A stretch of DNA of 54,589 nt. It comes from a virus (taxonomy: Duplodnaviria; Caudoviricetes). Of the stretch, positions 24,195 through 34,300 are shown piece by piece (the stretch's first letter is position 1; each line of letters begins with the position of its first letter). The translations under genes were made by a program, and so were the position numbers. The stretch covers positions 1 to 54,589 of IMG/VR virus record IMGVR_UViG_3300022752_000087; one strand, written 5' to 3'. The notes under the pieces were generated by a model that searched no databases, had not been told where the DNA came from, and was given only the letters and a program-made list of their open reading frames with translations.

Positions 24195-26612
24195 ATGGCT
24201 GGTGTCAAGATCGCAACCTTCTATGGTGTCGCACCCAAGGTTTCTCCGGAACTTCTGCCGGAGACAGCCGGGCAGATCGCGCGCAATACGAAGTTGTACT
24301 CTGGCGACCTCATCCCTTACCCCAATCCTGTAGTCGTCGGCAACACAGGGCGTACCGGTACCATCAAGACGCTCTATGCCCTGAAAGACCCGCTTGGGGG
24401 TAACAAGTGGCTGTCGTGGACAACGGATGTGGACATCGCGGTTGTCACCTCCTCTGACATCACGGACCAGCGGTTCTACTACACGGGTGACGGCGTCCCC
24501 AAGGTCAGCAACTATTCACTGGCGTTTACCGGCGCGGCTCCCTACCCGGCGGCGTCCTATGATCTTGGGTTGCCGCTACCCACAACCAAACCTACGGTTA
24601 CGGTTGTGCCTTTCACGACCGCAATAACTGCGTCCTATGCCCGCGACAATAACAACACAGCCCGTCTGGTTACCGCTGCTCCACACGGCCTGAAGGAAGG
24701 TGCGTACATTACGGTCACCGGGTTCAGCTATCTGACCGGGTCTTACAGCTATGTCGGCACGACAGTTTCTTGTACTGTGGTTGGCCATGGGCTGACCGGT
24801 ACACCGCAAGTGGTTCTAGACTTCACGTCGGGTGATGCCATCGACGGCGTCTATACGGCTACGGTGACCGGACCCAACACCTTCGATGTGAGTGTGCCAG
24901 TTGCGCCCACTGCGTCTGGTACCGTGCGGCTCTCGCTCCAGTCGTTCAATGTGACGGGTACGCAGGCTACGGTTATCAACACGACAACCATCGAGTACTT
25001 CAGCCCCGGACCTCAGATCGCGGCGACGGCATACTCCGGGGGTAAGATCGATCTCGGTGGGCCTACTCAGTCCCGCTCATATGTCTATACGTGGTACACC
25101 CCATGGGAGGAGGAGAGCATTGCTTCTGATCCAACCACTGACGTGTTTGTCAAAGAGGGCGTCACGATCACGGTCACCAACCTGCCGACAGCCAAACCTG
25201 CGGGTAATAATTTCGTCCGTGGTATTCGGCTGTACCGCTCACTGGCTACTTCGGCGGGTACGGAGTACTTCCGGCTCAAAACTCTGTGGTTCCCCACTGC
25301 ACTGGCCACGGTTCAGCGCACCAGCAATGTGTCCCGCGTCACGCTCGCCTTCCCACATAACCTCGGGATTGATGATAGGTTCAAAATCAGCGGCTGCACT
25401 GATGCTACGTTCAATATCACAGGCGGTGTCGTTCTCGATATCCCTGATGAATATACGTTCACGTATGCGCAGGCAGGTGTGGATGTAGCATCTACGTCTG
25501 TCGCAGCAGGCACGCTCTATCACGACGTGTCTGAAGACCCGCCGACGACGGCGGCACGGTACTGGGGCGACGGTAGCTACACGTTCACGGACGATTTCGA
25601 TCCACTCAACTTGTTTGATACTCTCACCAGTGACGAGTACGACGCACCACCTGATGACCTTCAGGGTCTGATTGCCGCACAGAACAACATCCTCGCTGGC
25701 TTCGTTGGGAACAAGCTGTATCTTACTGAGCCTGCGCTACCGCACGCATGGCCCATCGCATACGCGATCACCTTCGAGTACGACATTGTCGGGCTGGCTC
25801 CGATCAACGGTGCAATCTTGGTTGCGACCAAGGGGTATCCCTACCTTGTGTCCGGTAGCGACCCGGCTTCAGGTATGAGTATCCAGCGGATCGACGCGCT
25901 CTACCCCTGCCTGAATGGTAAGGGCATCGTCTCGATGAACTACGGGGTGGTCTATCCCACACATGACGGTATGGCAGTCTTCTCCCCCTCCGGTGGTCCG
26001 AACATCATCACGAGGGCGAACTTCAACAACGACACATGGGCGTCCACACTGGACCCGAGTACCATTGTTGGTGAGTTCTATGGCGATGCCTATCTGGCGT
26101 CACACTCCACGGGTGGGTTTGCCTTCGAGCCTGACAAGAACATCGGGGGCCAGTTCGTCGATCTCGATTTCACCTACACTGCCTCATGGTACGATCCTGT
26201 CGAGGGTCGGCTGTTCTGTGTTACCGGTACCGAGGGTGATGTATACGAGTGGGACAATCTGAACCAACCTGCTCTGACGCAGGAGTGGAAGTCCAAGGTC
26301 ATCAAGACTTCGGACATGATCAACCTCGGCGCGGCTCGGGTGATTGCGGACTACCGGGAAGCTACAACCACATGGGATGAAGACAGTCAGGAATGGCAAG
26401 CTGACACATCACCTTGGGCCGCGTCGGACAACATCACGTTCAAGCTCTGGGTAGATAAGCAACTACTCATGACAACCACGGTCACTGATATGAACGTCTT
26501 CCGGTTGCCCACCGGGTACCGGTCTGACACGTTCGAGGTTGGCGTCACAGGCGATGTCCGGGTCCGCGCTATCCACCTTGGCGAAACGCCCCTGAGTCTG
26601 AAGGAAGCGTAA
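24195..26612 (+). CDS. Tail nozzle / stabilisation protein (tail tubular B-like)
   Basis: F.GVAPKVSPELLP start, RSYVYTW...EES, EPALPHAWP beta-propeller motifs, FRLPTGYRSD end. Confidence 0.8.
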   Translation: MAGVKIATFYGVAPKVSPELLPETAGQIARNTKLYSGDLIPYPNPVVVGNTGRTGTIKTLYALKDPLGGNKWLSWTTDVDIAVVTSSDITDQRFYYTGDGVPKVSNYSLAFTGAAPYPAASYDLGLPLPTTKPTVTVVPFTTAITASYARDNNNTARLVTAAPHGLKEGAYITVTGFSYLTGSYSYVGTTVSCTVVGHGLTGTPQVVLDFTSGDAIDGVYTATVTGPNTFDVSVPVAPTASGTVRLSLQSFNVTGTQATVINTTTIEYFSPGPQIAATAYSGGKIDLGGPTQSRSYVYTWYTPWEEESIASDPTTDVFVKEGVTITVTNLPTAKPAGNNFVRGIRLYRSLATSAGTEYFRLKTLWFPTALATVQRTSNVSRVTLAFPHNLGIDDRFKISGCTDATFNITGGVVLDIPDEYTFTYAQAGVDVASTSVAAGTLYHDVSEDPPTTAARYWGDGSYTFTDDFDPLNLFDTLTSDEYDAPPDDLQGLIAAQNNILAGFVGNKLYLTEPALPHAWPIAYAITFEYDIVGLAPINGAILVATKGYPYLVSGSDPASGMSIQRIDALYPCLNGKGIVSMNYGVVYPTHDGMAVFSPSGGPNIITRANFNNDTWASTLDPSTIVGEFYGDAYLASHSTGGFAFEPDKNIGGQFVDLDFTYTASWYDPVEGRLFCVTGTEGDVYEWDNLNQPALTQEWKSKVIKTSDMINLGAARVIADYREATTTWDEDSQEWQADTSPWAASDNITFKLWVDKQLLMTTTVTDMNVFRLPTGYRSDTFEVGVTGDVRVRAIHLGETPLSLKEA

Positions 26613-26959
26613 TGGCTAGGTTCACGGCAATCCCCAATCCGCCTCAATCAGAGATGTCTAGCTGGCAGTACCAGATGCTTGGCGCGATGAAGGAAAACAT
26701 CGAGCTTCTGGTGGGGTCACGCGGCGAGAAGGATAATGCAAGTCGGGCTGTTACCAAAGCGTCGATCACGGTAGTTCAAGCGCCGGAACAAACCATGCGG
26801 CAGATCACGGCGCAAGGCGCGGCTGTCAACTTGGAAGGCGCTGTGGTCCCCGCGATGGAAGATTACATTGAACTGCTCAAGAATGTACAAGCGTTGGCAA
26901 ATGATGTAGCATCGGTGCGGGCAACGCTGAACACCCTCATTACCCAGTTGCGAGGTTAG
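26612..26959 (+). CDS. Hypothetical tail-associated protein
   Basis: Coupled to the nozzle gene; C-terminal coiled coil. Confidence 0.75.
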   Translation: MARFTAIPNPPQSEMSSWQYQMLGAMKENIELLVGSRGEKDNASRAVTKASITVVQAPEQTMRQITAQGAAVNLEGAVVPAMEDYIELLKNVQALANDVASVRATLNTLITQLRG

Positions 26960-26960
26960 A

Positions 26961-27752
26961 ATGAACAACCCGGTAGTTACAGCCCTGAACCCGCAGGTTG
27001 CGTCCACTACGTCGCTGGACCTCCCGCCTGCACTTGCTAGCATTCTGGCTATGCCCTCCGCTAGCGGTGCACCCATGTCTGCCTCTGCGCCCATGGCTCC
27101 GGCTGCTCCTGCTGCTACTCTCGGCGGTGCCCTTGGCGGCGCGCCCTCCATACAGGCACAACCACTTCCTAGCTTCAAGGAAGGCGGCATGATCGGTGCC
27201 GGTGGCGCTCCCATGCCCGGCCCGCAGGGTCAGCCTGTTCCACCGATGAACCCGTCGCAGCGTGACCAGCTTCTCAACCAGTCACTGGGCCAGAACCCGC
27301 AGGTCGTGCAGGAGATTCAGGCAGCCTTGGCCGAGGGTCTTCAGACCGGAGAGATCACGGCACAAGAACTGAACATGATCATTCAGTTGACGCAGGTGGC
27401 TGCGCAGAACCCGGACATGTACCCCTACGTTCGTCAGTTCGCCATCCAGCAGGGCATCGCCTCTGAGGAGGACTTGCCGCAACAGTACGACGAAGGTCTG
27501 GTTGTGGCACTGCTCACGGTCGCCAAGTCTGCGCAGCAGATGATGCAGGGTGGGCAGAACATGATGACCCCCGCACAGCCCGGTGCACCGATGCAGTCAA
27601 TGAAGACTGGGGGTACGGTTAAGGGTCAGGCCGATGGTCCAGTCCCGATCATGGCCCACGAGGGTGAGTACGTCATTCCTAAGAACGTGGTCCAGATGAA
27701 GGGGAAGGAGTTCTTCGACCGTCTGATTGAGCAATACAAGGACAAGGCGTGA
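26961..27752 (+). CDS. Putative internal virion protein (Gln/Pro/Met-rich)
   Basis: FKEGG and MKTGG motifs, HEGEYVIP C-domain; precedes the ejection genes. Confidence 0.7.
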   Translation: MNNPVVTALNPQVASTTSLDLPPALASILAMPSASGAPMSASAPMAPAAPAATLGGALGGAPSIQAQPLPSFKEGGMIGAGGAPMPGPQGQPVPPMNPSQRDQLLNQSLGQNPQVVQEIQAALAEGLQTGEITAQELNMIIQLTQVAAQNPDMYPYVRQFAIQQGIASEEDLPQQYDEGLVVALLTVAKSAQQMMQGGQNMMTPAQPGAPMQSMKTGGTVKGQADGPVPIMAHEGEYVIPKNVVQMKGKEFFDRLIEQYKDKA

Positions 27753-28186
27753 GCGAACTGTCCATCGAGCTTCTGACGCAGGAAAGGGCCATCGAGTTGT
27801 GGCCCCAGATCGTGCCGCTCGTAGAGAAGTCTGCGCTCGGCAACGTGATGACTTCGTCCGATATGGATTCACACTACGTCTTTAACGCGGTGTGCGCTGA
27901 TGAGGCTGTGATCTTCGCCGGGTTCGAGGGTAGTGAGCTTGCCACGATCTTGGGTATCCAGTTCTCGGAAGCGAATGGACGTAGGTGTGCCGACATCATC
28001 ACGTTGGCAGGACGCCGCCTGACCAAGTTCAAGCAGATGTTCTGGACGCCTATCCTCGATTGGCTCAAGGCCAACGGCGTTGAGTACCTCGATAGCTATG
28101 TCCCGACCGAACGGGCTATGCTATACATGAACAAGTTCGGTTTCGATAAATCCTGCGCGCATATCAGAATGTCTCTGGGGAATTGA
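27749..28186 (+). CDS. Acetyltransferase-like protein (position analogous to T7 gp13)
   Basis: 145 aa, GNAT-like C-terminus (YMNKFGF); directly before the ejection genes. Confidence 0.55.
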   Translation: MSELSIELLTQERAIELWPQIVPLVEKSALGNVMTSSDMDSHYVFNAVCADEAVIFAGFEGSELATILGIQFSEANGRRCADIITLAGRRLTKFKQMFWTPILDWLKANGVEYLDSYVPTERAMLYMNKFGFDKSCAHIRMSLGN

Positions 28187-28187
28187 A

Positions 28188-29303
28188 ATGGGTAAGATCG
28201 TTAAGTCAGTCCTCAAGATCGCAGCCGTCGCTGCCATCTCGTTTTTTGCCCCGCCGCTGGCTGCTGCCGTTGCTCCTGCGATTGGCGTTGGCGGCGCTCT
28301 CGGTACGACGGTTCTTGCCGCAGGTATCGGCGCAGGTGCAGGTGAGCTTGCTGGTGTTGGGTGGAAAGCCGGTCTACTGGCTGGAGGTCTATCAGGTGCT
28401 GGCCAATCTGGATTGTTTGGGGGTAAAGCCGCTAGTACCGCAGGCGGCGGCACTGCGAGTACCGCAGGTACGGCAACCAGCACGCCGTCTCCGTTTCTGA
28501 ACCCGCAGACCCCTGCGTCTCTGTCGGGGTATCCCGCTGCTGCCGGTCCAGCCGTATCACCGTTCCTGAACCCGCAGACCCCTGCGCTTCTTGCGGCACC
28601 GGGTACCGCTGCTGCCGGTACCGCAGGCGGTCTTACGCTCGGCGGCGCATTGTCCAAGGCTGCTAGTAATCCCCTCGGCGCACTGGGGAGCGGGGTCAAG
28701 AACCTCACATCCGCCGCTAGTGGCGCACTTGGTGCCGCTGGTCTCGGAGCCGGTGGTCTCAACCTTGGCGGTGCTGCCCCAATGCTCCTCGCCGCTGGTC
28801 TCGTCGGTAATCCCGGCGGCGCGATGGCCAAGGCGCAGGAGCAGGAACTCATGCGAGCGCAGCAGGTCAATGCGGCCCTGACGCAGCAGCGTCTGGATGA
28901 AGCAAACAAGTTGATCGGTGATGCTGCTTACTATGATCCCGAGTACATGGCTCGTCAGGCCGCTGAGGCTGCCATGATCAAGGGTGGTATCCAGACCGCA
29001 GAGCAGACCCGTGGTCTTACGGGTGAACGCCTCGCTGCCGAACGTCGCCGGATGCGCCTCGGTACTGCTCGCTCGGCTGGCACTGCATACCAGCAGGGGT
29101 ATGGCACCGGGGTCGGTGCCCGCACTCAGACACGTCAGGCCGGTATCAGCGCTATCCCGACTGAGTATGCAATGACCAACCCCTCCGGAGCTATTGCAGC
29201 CCGCAACGCAGCAGCGCAAGCAAAGGCAAATGAAACCGCAGGACTCAGCGCGCTATTCGGACAGGTGCTTGGTCAGGGTCAAACCGCTTCGCTTGGTATG
29301 TAA
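28188..29303 (+). CDS. DNA ejection / pilot protein
   Basis: Hydrophobic Gly/Ala-rich N-half, helical Gln/Ala C-half; SPFLNPQTPA repeated twice. Confidence 0.7.
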   Translation: MGKIVKSVLKIAAVAAISFFAPPLAAAVAPAIGVGGALGTTVLAAGIGAGAGELAGVGWKAGLLAGGLSGAGQSGLFGGKAASTAGGGTASTAGTATSTPSPFLNPQTPASLSGYPAAAGPAVSPFLNPQTPALLAAPGTAAAGTAGGLTLGGALSKAASNPLGALGSGVKNLTSAASGALGAAGLGAGGLNLGGAAPMLLAAGLVGNPGGAMAKAQEQELMRAQQVNAALTQQRLDEANKLIGDAAYYDPEYMARQAAEAAMIKGGIQTAEQTRGLTGERLAAERRRMRLGTARSAGTAYQQGYGTGVGARTQTRQAGISAIPTEYAMTNPSGAIAARNAAAQAKANETAGLSALFGQVLGQGQTASLGM

Positions 29304-29317
29304 GGTAAGGGTGTAGT

Positions 29318-31390
29318 ATGGCACTTGGTGAGTTCCTCGCAACCGCAGGTCGGGTAGGCCAAGGCATTCGGGCCGAGCAGGCTGCAATGCGGGCAGACCG
29401 CGAGCAGCAACTTGCCTTGGAAGCTCTCAATCGACAGGATGAGTTCCGCCGTCAGCAGCTTACGGCCCCTACTCCGGAATTGCCCGCGCAGGGTTTGATG
29501 CTCGGTGCGCCTGTACAGGTTGCCGAACCTGAGTTTGCTCCCGCTGGCCGTTCTGTTGTTGCTGGTCTAGCTGCTATCCCTGCTGTAGGGGGTACTACAT
29601 CTGCTCCCGCCGCCTTGGCCCCGGCTCCGGCTGCGCAGGCAAGTAAGCCCCGTGGGGTTGTCAAGATCGAAGGCGTCACGATCCAGCCATGGAACATGCA
29701 GCGCCCGGATCGCCTTAACGCTGGTGTTGCCGGTTTCGAGCGCGTCGATCCCAACGCATCTGATAACCAGCAAGCGGCTATTCGCAGCCGGAACGAAGTG
29801 AAGCTTGGACTAGCGCTCAACAACCTCGTCGGTAGCACCTCTGTATGGTTTGGTTCGCTCCGGAAGGGGTTTGTCCCGCAGGACCAGAAGCGCGCACTGG
29901 AACTTAGCGATGCTGCGTCAAGTTGGTATAAGAGCAGCGATGCCAAGGACTATTTCCGCCGCAACCCCGAGATGCTGGCTGTTGCGCAGAAGAACCCGGT
30001 CAACTTCTTCGACGGCTTGAACCGTGCCAATCAGATGGTTCAGGGACAGCCCAAGGCTCCGACTGCTGCGCCTGCTGCACCTACTGCCGCCCCTGCTGGA
30101 CCCCTCGCCGGTATCATCACGCAGATCAGGCAGGCCGAAACTGGCGGGCTGCCAAATCCGTATGTGTCCAATCTGGCCGGTGCGTCCTCTGCGTTTGGCC
30201 CGTACCAGTTCACTCGTAGTACGTGGATCAGTACCTACCGTAAGTTGAACCCCGGCACTGGTCTGTCGGACGATAAAATCTGGGCGCAGCGCACCAACCC
30301 AGAGATGAACGAACGCCTGATGCAGAAGCTGACGGCTGATAACGCCGCGTCTCTTGAGCGCGCGGGTATGCCGGTCAATGCCCCGACTGCTTACCTTGCA
30401 CACTTCCTCGGCGCTAACACAGCAGTCAAGCTGCTTCAGGCTGACCAGAATACGCCGGTCGAGAGCCTTCTCTCTAAGAAGCAAGTCGATGCCAACCCGA
30501 CTGTGCTGAAGGGTAAGACTGTAGGGCAGGTCGCCCAATGGGCCGTTGGTAAGACATCCGGGGGTGGCCAGCCCGCTGGTACCCAGATGGCTGCTGGTGT
30601 GAATACAGGCACTACGCCTGTGTCTGCCCCGGTCCGTATCGATCCGTCGAGTTTCTACCTCGCTGACCAGAACATGGTCTCGCAGGACATGCGTGTTGCT
30701 ATTCAGAACCGCGCAGAACTCGCGCGTATGGCGCAGATGTACCGCAACGCCGGGATGGGTGATCAGTTCACTCAGACACGTCTGAAGATGCTGGACTTGG
30801 ACAACAGTCTGCTGTTCCTTCAGGGGATGCAGGGCATCCAAGAAATCGCTATGGCTAATGACCCGCGCCGCCTCGCTGCTGTGTGGTCCCAGTACGCTGG
30901 TGTCCCGGTGCAGCTTCAGCCGCAGACCGATGGCACCTATAACGTCATGGTCAATGGCCGTGTCACACAGCGCGGCGTAGCCGCTAACACGATCATCGAC
31001 AGCGCTCGCTCGGCGTTTGACGCTGAGTACCGCAAGATGCGGACTGAGTCTTCTTCCTCGATGGCGGTCGAGCAGTTTAAGAGCCAGCTTCGCATCTCTG
31101 AAGAGTCGGCCAAGGCTGTACTTCAGACTGCGCGCGAAGCGCAGAACGAACTCATCAAGGGCGAGAATGCCCGTGCCGTCGAACTGATCAAGCAGATGGA
31201 CCCGAACGGAAAGATTACGATGTTGCCCGATGGCAGTGGTCGGTCTATTCTTCAGGTCCAAGGGCAGACGATCATGCTCGACCCCGGTGGTAATCCGATT
31301 GAAGGTTCTCCTGATCAGATGACTGCGCCGTCTGCTAAGTCTATAAGTGGTCTGCCGACGCGCTCTGTGGGTGTCGGTGTTGGAGGTTAA
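29318..31390 (+). CDS. Ejection protein with lytic transglycosylase domain
   Basis: IRQAETGG...SSAFGPYQFTRSTW...AYLAHFLG lysozyme-like motifs. Confidence 0.85.
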   Translation: MALGEFLATAGRVGQGIRAEQAAMRADREQQLALEALNRQDEFRRQQLTAPTPELPAQGLMLGAPVQVAEPEFAPAGRSVVAGLAAIPAVGGTTSAPAALAPAPAAQASKPRGVVKIEGVTIQPWNMQRPDRLNAGVAGFERVDPNASDNQQAAIRSRNEVKLGLALNNLVGSTSVWFGSLRKGFVPQDQKRALELSDAASSWYKSSDAKDYFRRNPEMLAVAQKNPVNFFDGLNRANQMVQGQPKAPTAAPAAPTAAPAGPLAGIITQIRQAETGGLPNPYVSNLAGASSAFGPYQFTRSTWISTYRKLNPGTGLSDDKIWAQRTNPEMNERLMQKLTADNAASLERAGMPVNAPTAYLAHFLGANTAVKLLQADQNTPVESLLSKKQVDANPTVLKGKTVGQVAQWAVGKTSGGGQPAGTQMAAGVNTGTTPVSAPVRIDPSSFYLADQNMVSQDMRVAIQNRAELARMAQMYRNAGMGDQFTQTRLKMLDLDNSLLFLQGMQGIQEIAMANDPRRLAAVWSQYAGVPVQLQPQTDGTYNVMVNGRVTQRGVAANTIIDSARSAFDAEYRKMRTESSSSMAVEQFKSQLRISEESAKAVLQTAREAQNELIKGENARAVELIKQMDPNGKITMLPDGSGRSILQVQGQTIMLDPGGNPIEGSPDQMTAPSAKSISGLPTRSVGVGVGG

Positions 31391-31395
31391 GCACA

Positions 31396-34300
31396 ATGGC
31401 TCAGGCCGGTCTGTTCACGAACCCGTTGACCGCAGCGACGGGAGGTCCTGCCTCATCGCTTAACCCACTGGTCAGCACCCCGGCACCGCCTGCTACCGGA
31501 CTCGATGTACTTCAACAGTCGCTCGCTGATATCGCCGTCATCGGGGAGAACGCTCGCCAGCGCGTCACTATCGCTGCACCGCAGGTGGCACCGCAGACTG
31601 CGCCGACTATCGCATATAGCCCTTCGACCAAGCAGTTCTTTGTTCAAGGTCAGGTCTTCACCGAGGACGACGCGCAGAAGGCGCTTGAGACTGAGGCGCT
31701 GCTCAGCCAGCCCGGTGGCGTCCCGCTCCCGCAGGGTGACTGGGTTCCCATCGACCAACAGTCCTACTCCGGGTATCTGGGTCGGATCAAGAACCCCACC
31801 CTCAGCACACTGTTCACCAAGGGGTTCGGTCGCGGCGTAGACTCGATGCAGCTTCTGGCTGGCCGTGGCCTCCAACTTGCTGGCGCTGAGAAGTTTGGTG
31901 GTGATATCGTCAAGCAACAGGTCGAAGACCTGCGGCGCACTACCCCTTATGAGCGGCGCTTCAGCGAGATCAAGACGGGCGATGATGCCGTCCAGTGGTT
32001 CGTCGCCAACCTTGCAGAGCAGGGTCCTAACCTGCTGGAGTCTGTCGCTGTCGCTGTTGCCGGTGCTGCTGCGGGCACCGCCACCGGTGGCCCCGGTCTC
32101 GGTACTGTTGGTGGCGCTATTGCTGGCCTCGCTGGTAAGTCTGCGTTTAAGCAGGCAGTTCTTGCTGCGGCACGGAAGCAGATCGCTGGTGAGGTTCTTG
32201 AAGCCGCCGAGCGGAAAATCCTGAAGACCGCCGCTGGTATCGCGGGTGCCACTGCCGTATCCTATGCCAATAACGTGGCCATCGGTGCGTCTGATATCTA
32301 TGGTGAACTTCGGGATCGCGGTGCCGACCCCAATGATGTAAACGCCAAGATGACCGCTCTGATGGGGTCTATTCCGTATGCTGCTCTTGAGACGCTTCCG
32401 GAGTTTCTGCTCGCTGGCCGTGTGCTTGGCGGTGTTGCTGCCCCTCGCGCTATGGCTGCTGGTACTGGGGTTGTTCGTCGCGGTGCTGAACTTCTTCGCC
32501 GTGGCGCTGTGGGTGGTGCAATCGGTGCGTTGGGCGAAGGTAGCACGGAGCTAGGACAGGAAGCTCTGCTCCTTGGTCTCTCTGACCAAGACCTCAGTAA
32601 GCCTGAGAACATCCAACGACTGATCGATAGCTTCGCTGCCGGTGCTGCCATCGGTGGACCCATCGGTGCAGTCGCTAACCTGCGGGGTCATAAGCCCGCC
32701 AACCTACTTGATCCGGGCCAGAACGCTGACGACGGCGCAGGCACCGCCGCTGGTGGTACGCCGCAACTCGGTGGCCCCGGCCCTGTCCCGCTTCTTACTG
32801 GTCCCAGCACGGCACTTGGTCCTGCTGTGGAGCAGGTCGATGGCACGCCTTATACACCGCGTACCGATATCAGCGGTCTCGTCTCCGGTCAGCAGCAGCT
32901 TATGCTACCGCCTCCGGGTGCTGTGCTTCAAGTGCAGGGCCAGCCTGACTTCGTTGTAGATGAGGATGGTAACATCCGGCAGGCTACGCCTGACGACGTA
33001 GTCGTAGGTATCTCTGATCGCGGCTTCGTTCCTGCCACCGCGCCCGGTACGCAGGGCGTCCTCGATGTCTTCCCCGGCAGCCAGACGACTGTGCGCGAAC
33101 TGCGCGGTATGATGGAAGCCCCTGCGGGCGAGCCAACTGCACTTCTCCAACCGGAGGGTGTCACTGGCGAGGTCCCCACTGGGGACATCAACCTTGATCA
33201 GGAAGTGCTGCCGTTTGAGTCCGGTTTGGCTCCTCGGTATCTCGGACCTGCGCCTACCCCGGCTGGTACGCTGGCTGAAAATCCTGTGCTTCGCGCTGCT
33301 CGTGAAGCTATGCTCCGTCGCCAGACACAGGAGCAGCAGTTTGCAGGTGTTCAACCTACCGTAACGCCGGAAGTCGGCGCGCTGGGTCAGCGCCTTGCTG
33401 AGTCACAGCCGTTCCTCGACGTTATGGGGACCGAAGGTCGGCTCCTTGCTGAACCGCAGTACGGAGCGACTGAAGAGGAAGCCCGTCAAGCGTGGCTTGA
33501 CACCAAGAGTGGGCGCACCCGTAACTGGAATCAGCTTTCGCAGAACGTCCGCAACCAGTGGATAGACGCACTCAATGGTAGTTACACTGCTGATGATCTC
33601 AAGCAGATCAAGCGAGACCTGAGCAGTGCCGAGTCGGCAGCGCGACTGACCAAGACACAGCCCCGCACTGTGGTTACCGGTGCGATCACACCTACACCTG
33701 TCTTCAAGAAGGAGGCACCGCGTGCAGCCAAAAAGCCAAAAGCAACTGCGCTGGCTAAAGGCAAACAAACCCGAGTTGCTGAACCAGTTGGAGCAAAGCC
33801 TGCTGCCCGACCGGCCCCTACCGGAACGCGCGTCGTCAAAGCCCAAGAATCACGGCAAGCGCCTACCGTCACTGTTCAAGATGTAAAGGCCGACCCGCAG
33901 TACAAGCCTACCATGGCTGCGCTTGATGCCGCCGTAAAGGACGGCACGATCACTGGTCGTGACCGGATGAAGCTGCTCGTCGATCTTAACAAGGACGGCG
34001 ACTTCGAGTTGGTCAAGGACGAACTCGCGGCGAAGCGCGCGGCTGCTGCCAAGAAGCCTGTGGCAAAGCCCGCACCTATGGCTACTGCCAAGCCTGCGCC
34101 GAAGGCTGCTGCGCTCAAGAAGGGCAAGCCCACCCTGACTTATGACGCTGTACGGCAGGAAGTCATCGACGCCGCCGACGCGGATATCATCTCGCAGGAG
34201 CAGTACGACACCCTGATCGCCGGGATTGACCGCCGCACTTCGACGCCCGACCGCATCAAGGCGCAGCTTGATTACCTGATTAAGGGCGGCACCATCAAGA

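Noticed and set aside
29918-31396. Long antisense ORFs (e.g. 29918-31396, 36517-37470, 53348-54394)
   Set aside because: Shadow frames opposite well-supported genes, expected with high-GC3 codon usage.
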